From positions 1,563 through 65,562 of the forward strand of contig CAIMLA010000043.1 in assembly GCA_903842085.1 (NCBI GenBank): 64,000 bases of DNA, given 5' to 3'. This DNA comes from an uncultured bacterium. Its GTDB lineage: Bacteria; Patescibacteriota; CPR2; UBA1875; CAIMLA01. The first letter of the stretch is position 1; each line of letters opens with the position of its first letter. This document shows, in pieces, positions 63,486-64,000 of this stretch. Below the pieces are notes generated by a model. That model was not told where the DNA came from. It made no database searches and saw only the letters and a list, made by a program, of their open reading frames with translations. Position numbers and translations under genes: made by a program.

Positions 63486-64000
63486 ATGGATAATATATCA
63501 GGAAGTGTAAATTCATCAGAATCAATGCCTGGGCTTGAACCGACCCTGCCTGGACAAGATGAAAAAGACTTGCGAATAGGAGAAGGCATAGAAGATTCAG
63601 AAAAAACGCTTATGGATTATGGGCAAAACAATAACCCTGAAGATCCCTCTTATTTAACGAGGCTAGGCATTGAACTAGTAAATGGCGATGATCCAGAAAA
63701 TGCAGATTATAGATTAAGTAAACCTACTTCCAAATGCGAAATGTCTTTGGTCATAGCCGCAAAGGATGAGGAAGAGAGAATTGGTCCAATGCTTGAATCT
63801 CTCTCTATCCAAGAAGGTTTAGCTGATAACCTCGATAGTTTTGAAGTGATTATTATTGTAAATAATTGTACTGATTCGACTATAGAGGCAGCTCAGTTAA
63901 AAATAGAAGAAATAAATAAAAAGCTTGGAGATGAGGGCCGAACGGATAGACTGCAGGTACACTTGATTGATGTTAAGTTTAAAGACGGTGAAGGAGGCGT
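63486..64000 (+). CDS. Family 2 glycosyltransferase (3' partial; N-terminal acidic extension or later start)
   Basis: MSLVIAAKDEEERIGPMLESL is a GT2-type N-terminal motif. The frame is open from ATG 63486 to the window end. It is not in the ORF track because there is no stop inside the window. Confidence 0.55.
   Translation, partial: MDNISGSVNSSESMPGLEPTLPGQDEKDLRIGEGIEDSEKTLMDYGQNNNPEDPSYLTRLGIELVNGDDPENADYRLSKPTSKCEMSLVIAAKDEEERIGPMLESLSIQEGLADNLDSFEVIIIVNNCTDSTIEAAQLKIEEINKKLGDEGRTDRLQVHLIDVKFKDGEGG

Overview
This window is a dense, almost entirely plus-strand run of core housekeeping genes from a low-GC (roughly 40 percent by eye) small-genome bacterium. The gene order and the ribosomal-protein tail extensions look Firmicutes-like or CPR/Patescibacteria-like. 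Recognisable genes are rnc (5' partial), smc, rpsP, a KH-domain protein, trmD, a ferredoxin, uvrB, a GHKL kinase, uvrA, uvrC, yvcK, secG, an oligopeptide-type SBP and six minus-strand tRNAs. They continue with LysM, LemA, HtpX, ligA, gatC, gatA, ppiB, gatB, a mini-MscS, dnaE, rplS, rnhB, nusA, clpC, a PIN/TRAM yacL-like gene, murB, a PBP1A (minus), tyrS and recG. The last part holds tRNA-Leu, trxA, tig, clpP, rpoB, rpoC, rpsL, rpsG, fusA, tuf and rpsJ, then a T/G-rich hypothetical gene and a 3'-partial GT2 glycosyltransferase. I found no CRISPR array, transposase, integrase or rRNA. The clearest anomaly is a roughly 600 bp high-GC island at 39027-39640. It carries a 181-aa minus-strand ORF with high GC3 and a Lys/Ala/Pro-rich basic tail. 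One side is bounded by a 14-bp GC-rich inverted repeat and the other by the ORF's own SD; beyond that lies an unusually long (about 550 bp) AT-rich spacer with a consensus promoter aimed at the ORF. It lies between murB and the PBP1A gene. Other points of interest are a promoter-driven 41-aa hydrophobic peptide gene on the minus strand and a three-member paralogous family of membrane-anchored proteins. There is also a promoter followed by a terminator-like hairpin in the nusA leader, and an S10 operon that stops after rpsJ. All coordinates are hand-indexed and may be off by 1-2 nt; no database searches were possible.
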